DNA of 64,000 nucleotides, taken from Tubiluchus corallicola (Eukaryota > Animalia > Priapulida). The notes under the pieces were generated by a model. The model had not been told where the DNA came from and searched no databases. It was given only the letters and a program-made list of their open reading frames with translations. The stretch is taken from positions 1 through 64,000 of the forward strand of contig JAQGDQ010000212.1 in NCBI GenBank assembly GCA_030141605.1, in the 5' to 3' direction. Below, piece after piece: positions 12,835 through 63,310 of the stretch (the stretch's first letter is position 1; each line of letters starts with the position of its first letter). The translations under genes and the position numbers were made by a program.

Positions 12835-13954
12835 TTAGGTAGGTGCGGCTGTTATTCATGTTTTAAGAATTCGCTTACGCTATTACTGATCAGTTAGCCA
12901 TTCATTTTGGCAATTGGCGCACATTTTCATCTATGATTCTCAATTTGAAGTACTACAATTATAATTTAATACGTGCTGCCACCTACATTTAAAATTATTT
13001 ATAATTGAACTGAGTGAAGTTTAATCCGGGTTGTGGCCTTGGTCTGTGCTGCTCAGTCACCTGTACCTGCAGGGCTTCCCATATGTGATAGCGTAGAAAA
13101 TTACTGAGTATTACTAGCCAATCAGGCAAGCTCAGTGGGTGCATGTGACTTGGGTAGCTCTGCCAAGACCAGCTGGATTTTGCTTCTCCTTGAACATTGA
13201 TGTTGAATGGTCACCATGTGTCTACTTTCTTGTAAATAATAGTGTAATAAATGTAAACGGAAATAAAGTCTTTCACAGTTCAACAAGATTTCATAGTTTT
13301 GCTTCAACCCTCAGAGTGAACCGGCATGTAACTTCAGTCTAATTTACTTCATGCTCTTTACAAATTCAATCCTTCTATGCTGTCAGCTAAAAGTTTCTAC
13401 AGCAATAACGATTCATAATCCAATATTCTAAAACTTCCAAGAAAATTACTTGCAAAGGACGTAAACACCAAGAACGGTTGTCATTACAAGCAAATTATTG
13501 TCATTAGAAAAGTCGGATTTTCACGCTTAGTGATCTCAAATTTCAAGGCGCAAGTCAAATTACATGATGACACTAATTTCATGGTTCATGGAAAATTACA
13601 TTTCAGTAAAATGAGAGGAAAATGTAAAAAATTGTATCGGGTGTTGTATGCTAAAGTTAAGCAGTTAAAGTTAAACAGGAATAGATAAATAGCCCTAAAT
13701 TTTGTAAGTTTCAGACGCCTTATAGGCGCCGCATTTTTGGGCTCCACGAGGCTGTAAATTCAGGGCGGGTACATCAATGTTATTTTATTCTATCCTTCCT
13801 TGCTATTATCTGATTTAATTTTCTGTGAAATTATTCAAACCTGCTTTTGGTAATAGGTGGCCAACAGATGAGGAAAAACAACCGTGAGTGAGCTATTTTT
13901 TTACAAGTGAATGCTGCTTTGTTTGAATGTGGCTCTAGAACTGTGCTAATTAGT

Positions 13955-23656
<9,702 letters not shown>

Positions 23657-23920
23657 AATGTTTCATACAACATATTTTATTTTCCTAATGTTAAAAAATA
23701 TGTTTGTTTCCCACCTGACAAGGTTAGTTTGTTTTTCGATGAGTAGATTGTAGTTAGTTTTTATTAGAAAAGCGTCATTTTTAGAAAATTGTAAAGTTTA
23801 GTCTGTCCTTTTTGACGAAGTGAAAAGGGACTGTTTGAAGAATTAGTATTTGACTGGTTTAAACCTGATAGACTTGATTTTTTAAAATGTCACAAAACTT
23901 TAAATCTAAATTTCACATGT

Positions 23921-23930
23921 AATAAATAAA
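23921..23930 (+). promoter_or_regulatory. Probable polyadenylation signal of the protease gene
   Basis: Overlapping AATAAATAAA ~265 nt after the stop codon. Confidence 0.45.
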
Positions 23931-24593
23931 ACATTGTGCTAAATTTTTGGAATTAGAAAGTTTAATAAATTGTTATGTCTGTTACATAGCACGAACATAG
24001 CACATTATAGTAACGATTATGGATTTAAAACAGATTTCTTTTGTATTGAATATTGTATATCATGTGCAATTGTGTGTGCGTACAATAAAGAAGGGGTGGA
24101 AATCTAACAATTATCTCAGGGACTAAAAATTGCATTATTTTTACTGACTGACTAAGACTCTTTTTGTTAGTCTGCTTTTTGTCTCAAACCATTACAAAAA
24201 ATTACAAAAAAATTGGGGAACTAACAGGCCTGTGTAAAACAATCACTTAAGTCCATTACTGAGTTTATAAACCATTTAAAGACTTGCTTCACGCACATTT
24301 TTCAACATATTTCTTGCTGTAATATGGCCTCAAAAGCAACAAATACTAACGCAGTACAATAAAACATTATTTTCATGTCAGAAGCTAGAGCTACTTTAAT
24401 GTATTTTATACACACATCCGAATTTTTGAAGGCAGATTGGCAGTTTCGCAACGACAGCCAGAATTTGATGATAAAATTTTAGACTTTGATTGAATAACCG
24501 GCAGGGATTGGTAAAGTCGTAATAGTTGATGGTTTGCGCGCAAAAATCAAGGCATGGATTTATGTTGCTGAAACAAGGGCTCACTACGTAAAC

Positions 24594-39409
<14,816 letters not shown>

Positions 39410-39614
39410 CAGCTCTCGATGATGGAACACTAGACGAGCATCGGGAAGAAGGACATTACTTATGTTTCACTTGTGTTTCACTTATTGTTATTAATATTTG
39501 TGTGGATTATAAACAGAGTAATGCAGATGACTGTAACATGAGCTGCCTTAAAAAGGAAATACATTTTCTTAGAACAGGAAAATTGTGCGTAAATGAATAT
39601 CCTAATTGGAGCCA

Positions 39615-40090
39615 AAAAGGTCGCACACCGTCAAGGTCGGATGAAAAGAAAAGTGTGACCTGGGGCGTAAAGGTTGCACACCTTCAAGGTTGGATCAAGA
39701 GAAATAAATGACCCTGGCCATAATGGTCGTACACCGGCAAGGTCGGATCAAAAGAAAGGTGCGACCTGGAGGTAAAGGTTGTACACCTTCAAGGTCGGAT
39801 CAAGAGAAATAAATGACCCTGGCCATAATGGTCGTACACCGGCAAGGTCGGATCAAAAGAAAGGTGCGACCTGGAGGTAAAGGTTGTACACCGTCAGGGT
39901 AGGATCAAAAGAAATAAATGACCCTGGCCATAATGGTCGTACACCGGCAAGGTCGGATCAAAAGAAAGGTGCGACCTGGAGGTAAAGGTTGTACACCGCC
40001 AGGGTAGGATCAAAAGAACGAAACGGCTCTGGAAGTAAAGGTCGTGCACCGCCAAAGTCCGAATAAAAGAAAGTGTCTGAGGTAACATGC
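39615..40090. repeat. Tandem repeat, 105-bp unit built from two related ~52-bp halves
   Basis: ggccataatggtcgtacacc at 39716, 39821 and 39926; lies just downstream of the CENATAC stop. Confidence 0.9.
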
Positions 40091-41709
40091 TGTACACTGC
40101 ACTGCTAGTGTCTGCTGCTAAGTAAAAAAAGTACTGACACTCCCACAGTTTGATATCAGTTGTCACATGCTTAAAGACCGTATACCAGCATATTCTTGAA
40201 CTGCGACAATTTAGGCTATTCGTAAACAAAAAATTTTTGTGTGTTTGTTTTTTTAAATTGCAATTACAAATTACAACATTATAGTTATGTATGTTTGTTT
40301 CGTTTTAAAATAGTGGCTAAAAATTTTCTAAAGCAGCACCCCCACTAATTTTAACTACGGGCCGCCGCTGCTAATTACCTTGGGTTTTTAATACTTTTAA
40401 AGTCTTACCTACTTTAGTAATTGATGTACTCGTGTTACGTTGCACTATATTGGCAGCTTTTGGTTGTTTGATACTGGCTTTCTGGATACTAAGTACAACC
40501 CTGGTACAAATTATGCAAATTATGCATCATTGATAACCTTTAGATGTCACAATCTATTATCTTTTTTCCTTCCATTTCCACTAACACATCCTTTTACCCT
40601 TCCTGTGTGATCTAACCTTTCTCCCAGTTCTTTTTTTTTGTTCACTCATCCATTTTTTATCGGGTTCACATGACAGTGGGCTTATACAAGCCTTTGCTTC
40701 TCTAGCCCATTGCAGTACAATTATTCTTTTATGATAGCGATAGTGTATGAAACATAACAATTTAATACAGTATGACGTAATAATTTTGATGTCACTGTGT
40801 GTTTAATGTCATTATATTGTACTGAATGTGATAATAATAAACTAAACTAAACTGGAAAATTCAAAGTGTACAGCCAAACCTAATTATAACGCACACCGTT
40901 ATAATAACAATCTCGCTTAACACTCAGATTATTGGAAAACAAAATATCTATGTTTACTAGATATTTGTTAATGCACATCTGTCTGTGTGTCTGTTAATGC
41001 ACATTGTTATAATGCTACAGACTCAATGCCAACTTTGTCTAGAATCCAAAAGTGGGCAGTATAAAGATGTTCGGCTGTAATTACAAACTTCTGTTTGCAG
41101 TTTATTTAGCTACAACTAAATTCATAAGAAAACTCTCTCAATAAAATTTACGATGATTTATCGTTTAATAGATCAACATACAATAAATATATTCCATGGA
41201 ACAATTCTTATGACTTGTCAATCAGTATTACAACATACAATAGCTGTCTTGATTACGTAAGGCTCATATTTTCAACAGTTCTGTATAAGAAACATACACA
41301 AGTCTTGTTTTTTGTATTTTAACACTGCTTATGTAATGAACAATGGTTTGTTTTGTCTCGTATTTTAACAATGCTAAATAAATAAAATTCTTAGTAACGG
41401 TAACAAAAATTATTTTGAAAGTTTGTACAATACAAATTCACAACCACAACAACACAAAATCTCATTCAATTTAAATAATGTGTAAAATAAAATCATAATT
41501 ACTTAACAACAACCGCTTCGCTATAAAGCATCTGTAAATAAAAAAATAATTTAAAACCTGACATGATATCATTGCAGAAGTATTTTAATCCTGTTTGAAT
41601 TACGACAACTTTCTAAAATTCTTCAGTAAAAATGTTATTCACTTTATACAGGCACTGCACAGTCTTATTGAATGAAACAAAGACATTTTAAAACAAATTA
41701 CTATAACAT

Positions 41710-42040
41710 GACAGATGTTTCGACAGCACGGTTTTCGGGCTTTGCTGAATCTTCAGAATACAGAATGACAGAAATGTCTTCAGTATGACAGAGTTTACAA
41801 ATAGTAAACAGTTTTATAGGCAAAGCCTACAGTACATGAAAATGACTATGTTTTGACATAACTATGTGATATGGCTCCATTGTTGAAAATGCGCTAATTT
41901 TGATAAATTTTGTTCTGGCAGAGCGGCTGCTCCCCTATTAGTTACGCCATTGTTTTCATGTACTTTACGTCGGCTTGCGTATAAAACTGGTTACTGTTTG
42001 TGTATACTCTGTTATACTGAACATGACGGCTAAGCTGTGC
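41710..42040. mobile_element. Penelope-like inverted terminal remnants with hammerhead-like cores
   Basis: Minus strand 41712-41757 CTGAAGAttcagca...tgctgtCGAAAC; arms 41780-41828 and 41970-42022 are inverted; plus-strand CTGAACAtgacggc..gctgt at ~42017. Confidence 0.45.
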
Positions 42041-42799
42041 CATTGAATCTTTTATCATGTAAAATTTCAATTTTCAATTTTGTTCCGACATCATATTGTG
42101 AATGAATTGAGGTCACTGTGACATAACTATGACGTCAGAAACGTGAATTATGACACAGTTTGCTTGCTTTAATGCGACTTCTGCTGTTTAGCAAATGGCT
42201 TATATAAATGACACAAATCCATTACATTTTAATTAATGATAAGTAACCAAATAAATAGACTTTATACAATCAAATAATAAGTAGTGTTACATACATGACT
42301 ATATTTCCAATTTAGTAATTATATTGACAACATTTTGACACATCTCATATATATAGTTTTCATTTATCATAAACTATTTACAGTCATATAATAACGTTTC
42401 AACAACTGGTTAATGTTACAGCATAAATAAATAAAGTTTGACAAAAATTTATAATGTATTTACAATAATGTCTTTTTAGGTAATAGACGTCTGATCCTTA
42501 CTAGGCACTGAATGTTACTTGGAAATTCACAAATAATCAGATTTGAACTGACAAAAACAATTCAGATGGGCGTGGTCAGGGGGCCATGGCATGTTCAGAT
42601 GAGTACATAAGGGGCACGGTCAGGGTCATGTAGAGAATTTGTAGCCGTTCCAAGAAGCAAATAAAGCGCACGCTCAGACAGATGCAGACAGATTGGAATG
42701 AGCACCTTCGAGTTGATTGGAAAGGTTTATGTATTGAAATCATAGTCACACAAACATAATATAATAATTTCGTCATGTTCATACAGATGGATGTGGTCA

Positions 42800-43335
42800 A
42801 CGAGACAGATATTGACAAGCACGTATGGACATGGTCAGCCAGACATGGACAGATTTTGACAAGCACATATGGACACGGTCAGCCAGACACGGACAGATTT
42901 TGACAAGCACGTATGGACATGGTCAGCCAGACATGGACAGATTTTGACAAGCACGTATGGACATGGTCAGCCAGACACGGACAGATTTTGACAAGCACGT
43001 ATGGACATGGTCAGCCAGACATGGACAGATTTTTACAAGGACGTATGGACATGGTCAACCAGACATGGACAGATTTTGACAAGCACGTATGGACATGGTC
43101 AGCCAGACACGGACAGATTTTGACAAGCACGTATGGACATGGTCAGCCAGACATGGACAGATTTTGACAAGCACGTATGGACATGGTCAGCCAGACACGG
43201 ACAGATTTTGACAAGCACATATGAACATGGTCAGCAAGCCATGGACAGATTGTAACAAGCACATATGGACCTAGCAAAACGCGGACAGATTCTGACAAGC
43301 ATATGTGGACATGGTCAGCCAGATATGGACAGATT
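42800..43335. repeat. Minisatellite, 44-bp unit
   Basis: gacaagcacgtatggacatggtcagccagacatggacagatttt, about 12 copies. Confidence 0.95.
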
Positions 43336-43536
43336 CGTAGGAACAGATAAGAGGAATGCTCAGACCGACATGGATAATGAAGGATGAGCACAAGTGCGAC
43401 ATAGGAAGATGCAAACGGCTTCAGATTAGCATCTGCTGGACATGGGCCTGCAGACATGGGCAGATTTGAAGGAGCACACACGGGGGAGATCAGGCAGACA
43501 TAGACGAACTGGGATCCATTAGACTAATTTTAAACA

Positions 43537-43922
43537 AGCCTTTTCACAGTTTTGTTATGCACACGCACAATTGCTGCAGGTCAAAGGTTAAGTGCACCAT
43601 GGCAACGCGTCTTAACTACAACCTTCACATGAGATGTGGTAAAGCAAAGCCATCTACCGTATCAGTTCAGTAATTTCAGTTGTTTTACATTGACTTTATT
43701 TAATTGTGCAACGGTCTGTGCATAGAATGATTTACTAGCAGGATCTTTCTTAGGAACAAGAAAAAACAAACTAGGAAAGGTTCCAGCTAGCTGTTAAAAC
43801 TGTTACTATTACAATGACATGGCCTGCTAGGCGTTGTCAAGTGTACACAAATACCTTATCTGGTACATTTAATCTTTAACCTTTTCCCAATCATCGTCAA
43901 TCACTGGAACTGTGAAAAGACA
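43537..43922 (-). mobile_element. MITE family A, copy 5 (inverted)
   Basis: Interior is the reverse complement of copies 1-4; ends agccttttcacagtt ... aactgtgaaaaga. Confidence 0.85.
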
Positions 43923-45049
43923 TTCTGTAAGCTCATTGTTTTAAACACTTATGAAGACGTCTTAGTTATTAACTAAAAAACGTTGATATCGTGTTTTTAT
44001 TTCGACTTTCACATCTTCTCAACCCAAAAATGTACAGTAATTGTATGTATTGCAAGTCTGCTGCTTTCATTGCATCTATGCCGAGAACCCTTGCGTTCAA
44101 ATGCACTTTGGCAACTGTCATGTCAATTCAATGTTTTTGCAATTGTTTGTTTGTTAGCTAGTGTGGGGATGTAGAACGATGTTCACACCTCTTGCGGCAC
44201 GTTCAGACTAGCGAGTTTTCTCGGCAAGTTAAGGCCCATTTCACAGTGATGACACACGTCAAGATTTCCCAAACAAAAATCCTTGCATTCCTCACGAAAG
44301 TGAAATAGATTGTTTTGTATTTCACGCAGATGTCCTACAAGGAATTTTGTCATTGTAACTCCTCATGAGGAACTCTACTAGACAGCTGGAAGCTATGCGT
44401 CCTCCTAACGAGTAAATTTGCCACTTGGTAGAAACGCTGCCTGTTCCAGTTTCGCGGAATTTAAACTAAAATTTAGCAATTTAATTACTTTTTTTCTGCT
44501 TAACGAAGTACAGCTAACGTAAATCAGCATAAAATTAAAAGTTTTATCTCTTATATTACGGACGATTTTTTTGTTTTATTAATGTGACACCGATGGTTGT
44601 ATTCGTGAAAAACAAATACAACACATGATATATACACATAACTTATTTTATTACTAATATAAAAATTATTAATATTGACACTAGTATTAACACGTAATTT
44701 ATTTTATATACGTATATTTTAAGTTTAGATTTCTCTCAGTAAGGTGGCGAAATTTTACCAGCGATCCTGTTCTGGAAAATAAGTAGCACAATGATATTGT
44801 TAATGTTGTTGTTGATGTTTCTGAATAAAAATTTACGAACTAACAATGTAATTTACTATCATTCGTCTAAACAGCACACTGTGCGGGTTTCTGAAATAGT
44901 TGATAAATTTGTATGCAACAATTACTCACTAATTAGCAGACAATTATTTCTATCTTCCGGATGAAAAATTGGTTTCAAATGGAATTGCTAATTCTTAGCG
45001 TGTATTCATCTTTAATGTAAATAATTATCATAATGGTTATATAATTCAT

Positions 45050-45335
45050 TCCCAATGGTAGGTTCCTATTGAAAAAGCATATAAATTTAAGAACACGAGA
45101 GTGTATTCAAGACTAAAAATGCTCTGGTTTGCAAGTTGAAGATGCTAAATACCATTTCTTAGAATGTAGCAGATATGACCATATTAGACAATATCATTGT
45201 TCTCAATTCAGTCCTCAAAGTCACCAACCTTCTGTAGATTTGCTACAAAATGTGACGGTCTTGCTGAAGATGGTAACATTAATTTGATATGTAACGTAAT
45301 TGAATTTATTGAATTCAATGGGAGGTTTAGTGATT
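45050..45335 (+). mobile_element. Decayed LINE 3' end (zinc-knuckle remnant)
   Basis: ...VEDAKYHFLECSRYDHIR...EFIEFNGRF resembles the C-terminal ED..H.L.C..Y...R motif of CR1/L2-group ORF2. Confidence 0.5.
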
Positions 45336-45706
45336 ACTAAGATTAACAGTAATCAATATAATCAATGTAATCAATAAACTCCCACTTCGTTCAATAAATT
45401 CAATTATTAAACAGGAGAGCTCTCTCGTATTTCAAGTTCCATGATTACTAAGATTGCTAATATTGTACATAAATTTATTGTAACTATTCGTGCTAATTCG
45501 TCTGAAAATTAGATAATATAATTCAACATACCTAGTTTGCCAAAAATTTATGGGCTTACTAACCTTGTAAACTGAGACGTACATTATTACTGTAATTTCG
45601 CCATTATTTTTTGACATTTCATCAACAGACAACTCCAAATAGACTTCCGGCCTGTTTCATGGACTGTAATATATCCACTATCTTGTTATATTAAGTACTT
45701 ATTTAA

Positions 45707-46163
45707 AGGACAAGAAAATGGCCAACCAAAGTAAGCCTCAGATTATTCGCAATAAAAAATTATATCACCTAAGTTTAATCTTAAGCGTATAAAGTGTTCA
45801 CGTTTTCGCATTTACTCAAATTTTTGTAAAATATTTCAACCGCTGCAGTACACATTGGCGCAGACATATTTCATTTAGTCCGCCAATTGAAAAGAGAGCA
45901 TGTGACTGATCACATAGCATGACATCACTCGAACACAGTCGCAGTGAGTTCTGAGCACGTGTACTATAAACATTTGTGTTGTAGTTCTGTGACGCCATCT
46001 AATATGGCGCCGCCGTGACAGTCTAGCGGGAGTATTTAAAATGAAAACAAACAGGAAATTCTTTTAACGTGTGTATGATAAACGCTTAAGATTGCCTCTA
46101 ACCGTTATATTTCTTTAGCGAAAATTTTCTGAGACTTGCTCTAACTAGGCCTTTTCTTGTCCT
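45707..46163. mobile_element. Kolobok-like MITE
   Basis: TTAA|AGGACAAGAAAATGGCC ... GGCCTTTTCTTGTCCT|TTAA. Confidence 0.85.
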
Positions 46164-46780
46164 TTAAACCAAGCATGAAGGTATTCTAAATGTAGAACTT
46201 CTGGACAAAATACAGTCCCCTACGTTCTTGGACGTTTTTTAACTTTTTGCGTTTATCTGTGTCCGTATAAACTAATGTTAGTCCGTTTACGTCAGGGCCG
46301 CACTAAGCTATAGGTTAGTATAGCCTGCACGATAAGGATCCATAAAATTTGGTAACATTTGATAAAAAAAAAAATCTGTTTTTTTTACTACGGCTGTGTT
46401 GAAATACATGCTATTTTGATTTGCAATAGTAAAACAGTGGTTCTTCTTTAAGAATATTTTTACTGACTAACAAAAGGGTTTGCAATTTCTGGCCGACGGT
46501 AACTCGCAAAGTAGTTTCACACTTACGAGTTTGGTGTCAGAGAGAAAATTCGCGACAGAAAACTCGCTAGTCTGAACTCGTTAGGGATCGAGGTTCGAAC
46601 AAGTCCAGATTGCTCGTGCGCCTAATGTGAATGTTACACATGGCTGAGGCAGATCTAGGACCGGGTTGCTAGCTCTGGCAGGTAAACACGGTTATCGAGG
46701 AATACAAAACCAAGGGGTATTTTGATTAACACATTAACTGTGCAGCTTCCAGTGTCTAAGTTAAAATAAATGCCGTTTAA

Positions 46781-47315
46781 GGTAAAGATTAAACCTTCTA
46801 GGAGGATAGGCTTATTTCAAAGTTCGCGAAAATTGTTAGAAGGATTTAGTAATAAAAGTGCGATAAGCGCCTAGTGTAATTAGTAAAATTACTTTAAAGT
46901 CGCGATCACTTCATGCTTGGGCGCTCCCATCTTCAAGGCCCATTCTTCTTCCAATGACGTCGTTCGTTTTGAGAAAAGTAGCGCACTGCTAATCTTCATC
47001 AAAAGTATATTAATAAGTTTTCACAATTACATTAGATTGCTAATTTTGTAATATTTTTGCGTGAACATTAGGTAAGCTGCAGAAGTTTGAACTAGTTTAA
47101 GCAGCGCGCGCTTGAGAAAGTCACGACGCCCGTACGAAAAGTCACGAAAATTGAATGCCGACTACGACCACGACTGAAAATTCTATTCAAAGTAACATAT
47201 TTTAAATTTATGTTTTGCAGAAGTTTTGCGCAAATTTTTTTTTATTATATTTTTCTAAGAATTTAAATGATAACAGTAAAATAAACCCAATATCCTGAGT
47301 GACTTGTCCTTTCCT
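46781..47315. mobile_element. Kolobok-like MITE (family of 12292-12834)
   Basis: Colinear similarity with 12292-12834; TTAA on the left, cttgtcctttcct on the right. Confidence 0.8.
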
Positions 47316-47871
47316 TTGAATAATGGTCATAGTGGATGCGATCTAACCCTAACCCTTACCCCATCCTTCATCAGGTTTCATTTCTGCGTTTTTATCACCT
47401 TCGAGAATCCCATGATATCCCATTGAGGAAACCATACATTGGATTCTGTCTATGATTATACGTTGCTCCGTTAGGGGAGTAGTAACTGTACCTGGTTACT
47501 TGCTATTGGATTTGCTCAGTAGACTTGCACACTGAAGCAGCCCGTATGAAAACTCTTCTTCTAGGGGTTCTTCTATTCAGTTGTCGAAACTCATTTTCTA
47601 TTTGCAGATGGCGCTATCACTCCTTGTTGATTTTACATCTGGAAGCTTAGTTATCAAGATGCACATTTGGGAGTTCCTCAATGCTTCTGTCCTAGCTAAG
47701 AAATGGTGGCAGCTAGTGACGTCACTGATGGTGCTGGCATGTAACCACTACAGTCCAAATAATCCAGTAAGGAAAGGCCTGACTGACATTCTTCAAACTT
47801 ACACCAGCCACCAATGTGAAGTCTGGTTCAAACTACCGATATATGATGTGCGGGTTGTGCGGGCTGTGCGG

Positions 47872-60556
<12,685 letters not shown>

Positions 60557-60614
60557 CTACAAAAAACAACAAAATTTTTTAAAGTAATTTCACTTTGATA
60601 CTTTGGAAACGTCT

Positions 60615-60905
60615 CGGTGTTGCTGTTGTTATTCTTTGCATCTGTTATTGTAAATGTTGTGTCATCGTCATCATCACTGCAATTGTCATTGTTGTCAAGA
60701 TCATTGTCATTCTCGTTATTGCTGTTGTTGTTGCTATCGTTAGTGTTGTTGTCATCATCATCATCATCATCGTTGCCAACGCTGCTGTCATTGTCGGCAT
60801 GATCGTTGTTGTTGTTGTTGGTGGTGGTGATGTTGTTGTTGTTTTTGTTGCTGTTGTTGTTGCTGCTGTTGTTGTTTGTAGTTTTTGTTATCATTGTCGT
60901 TGTTG
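60615..60905. repeat. Cryptic (GTT/CAT)n trinucleotide repeat
   Basis: Directly visible. Confidence 0.85.
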
Positions 60906-60909
60906 TCCT

Positions 60910-61895
60910 AAGATCCACCTCTTGATTAATCGGGCTTCATAAGTTTATCCAGTGTTCGCCTTAAGTCTACCTGTTGACTAATCAGACTTTCCTAGTTCAT
61001 CCTGTGTTCAATTTAGGCCCACCTGTTGATTAATCAGACATCACAAGTTTATCTTACTTTCACCTTAGGCCTACCTGTTGATTAATTAGGCTTCCCAAGT
61101 TCATCTTGTGTTCACTTTAGGCCCACCTGTTGATTAATCAGGCTTCCCAAGTTCATCTTGTGTTCACTTTAGGCCCACCTGTTGATTAATGAGGCTTCCC
61201 AAGTTCATCTTGTGTTCACTTTAGGCCTACCTGTTGATTAATTAGGCTTCCCAAGTTCATCTTGTGTTCAATTTAGGCCTACCTGTTGATTAATTAGGCT
61301 TCGCAAGTTCATCTTGTGTTCACTTTAGGCCTACCTGTTGATTAATTAGGCTTCCCTAGTTCATCTTGTGTTCACCTTAGGCCTACCTGTTGATTAATTA
61401 GGCTTCCCAAGTTCATCTTGTGTTCACCTTAGGCCTACCTGTTGATTAATTAGGCTTCCCAAGTTCATCTTGTGTTCACTTTAGGCCTACCTGTTGACTA
61501 ATCAGACTTTCCTAGTTCATCCTGTGTTCAATTTAGGCCCACCTGTTGATTAATCAGACATCACAAGTTTATCTTACTTTCACCTTAGGCCTACCTGTTG
61601 ATTAATTAGGCTTCCCAAGTTCATCTTGTGTTCACTATAGGCCCACCTGTTGATTAATCAGGCTTCCCAAGTTCATCTTGTGTTCACTTTAGGCCCACCT
61701 GTTGATTAATGAGGCTTCCCAAGTTCATCTTGTGTTCACTTTAGGCCTACCTGTTGATTAATTAGGCTTCCCTAGTTCATCCTACATTCACTTTAGGCCT
61801 ACCTGTTGATTAATTAGGCTTCCCAAGTTCATCTTGTGTTCACCTTAGGCCTACCTGTTAATTAATCAGGCTTGCCAAGTTCATCCTGTGCACAC
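60910..61895. repeat. Minisatellite, 52-bp unit with 520-bp higher-order duplication
   Basis: Unit ttaggcctacctgttgattaattaggcttcccaagttcatcttgtgttcact; the variant ctgttgactaatcagactttcc recurs at 60971 and 61491. Confidence 0.95.
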
Positions 61896-62054
61896 TTATA
61901 CTTAAGATGTATGTTTACCTACCATGTTGTCATTCCTCTAATCAACACGACTAATTATGTGTACCGACCAATTAAAGTGCTTAATTGAATCTCACAGAAC
62001 AATCCACCGTAGCGTGCCTGCGACGTCAACAGTGATATTGAACAGTTTACATAT

Positions 62055-62430
62055 AGATGACATCATCATCATCCCCAGAATGACTGGCGTTGTTACAATA
62101 GTTGTCATTATCGACATGACCATCGTTGACGTCGGCGTCATCATCATCTTTCCTGTCACTGATTTTGTCATCGTTATCATCATCATTGTCATCATCGTCA
62201 TCATCACCATCACCATCATGGACATCCTTCTTATTCTCTTCATCCTCCACCTTCCACTCGTCCACCTCCTCATCATCATTATCATCATCGTCATCATCAA
62301 CGTCATCATCACTATCACCATCATGGACATCCTTCTTATTCTCTTCATCCTCCACTTTCCCCTCCTCCTCCTCCTCTTCCTCCACCTCCTCCTCGTCCTC
62401 CTCCTCATCATCATCATAATCATCACCTTC
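62055..62430. repeat. Cryptic (CAT/CCT)n low-complexity tract with an internal duplication
   Basis: caccatcatggacatccttcttattctcttcatcctccac occurs twice. Confidence 0.8.
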
Positions 62431-62974
62431 GATCTTAGCAATCTCTTACGCGAATCAAAAGGGACCTTTGTCAATTGTTTTTGTTAATTGTTTGACTGGA
62501 AACGCGTTGCTATAGCAACGACAGTAACGCTAGAAACGAGGTGCAAAATCAGCAATGCGTGAAATCTTTCAATCCCCAAGTCAAGTTCAGCGGAAATTCT
62601 TTCACTATTAACAATGTAATTTTTTCAACAAGGTGTAGTGATTTCTCATGAGCTGTGAGTGAAGTTCCTTAACCCAAGATGCTAGACTTGCTATTGCCGC
62701 TGAGGCTCTTGAAGTTCCTCGCCGTTCCCGGGCCAAGATGCTGGACTTTCCATTACCGCTGAGGCTCTTGAAGTTCCTCACCGTTCCCGAAGAAAGTGGC
62801 GAAAACAGCAAAGCCTACTAGCGCAGTAGTTTTTTTTTCAAATTTTCGTCAAATTTATCCAAGAATTGTAAAAGAGTTATCTAAGATTTTACTTCATTTG
62901 TGCCAGTTTGCAAAGCATTTTGCTTTGTTTGTTAAAATATGCAGAAAATGTAAAGCCTATATTGACTTTTTCAT

Positions 62975-63310
62975 GTCCTGACCGATTAGCAATTTGAAAT
63001 CTTGAGCCTCTTGAACTTCGTCGAATACACTGCGACCTGACAATGTCTTATTCTATATTACGTGGAGACAGTGCAATAGACAAAGATGTATTTTTAGTAA
63101 AACACCTTTATCTAATGTAAACAGGGATCACAACTTGAAGTTACAGCCCACTCACTGCCGTTTTGATTGTTTTAAAAACTTTTTCTCAAACAGAATAATT
63201 GGAGTCTGGAATCAACTGCCTGAGTCTGTCGGCGGTGCCCCCTTGGCCTGTGTTCAGAGCAGCAAACTTTTTAAAAACGTTTAAAATGCAAATCTTAATA
63301 ATCATTTATT
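62975..63310 (+). mobile_element. Decayed CR1-like LINE 3' fragment
   Basis: NLEPLELRRIHCDL..SYSILRG ... RDHNLKL...FKNFFSNRIIGVWNQLPESV...KLFK, the typical CR1 ORF2 C-terminus. Confidence 0.8.

Larger units (their letters stand above)
44201..46577. mobile_element. Composite non-autonomous DNA transposon defined by 21-bp inverted repeats, carrying nested insertions
   Basis: GTTCAGACTAGCGAGTTTTCT (44201-44221) and its reverse complement at 46557-46577; no transposase seen inside. Confidence 0.6.

Noticed and set aside
46583-46700. GGTTCGAA B-box-like motif suggesting a tRNA or SINE
   Set aside because: No cloverleaf or A-box could be built; at most a decayed SINE.
47343-47362. Telomere-like CTAACC repeats
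   Set aside because: Only two to three imperfect units.
47340-47871. Coding-looking sequence after the RTK stop (readthrough or frameshift?)
   Set aside because: All three minus-strand frames close within ~80 nt of the stop; treated as 3' UTR.
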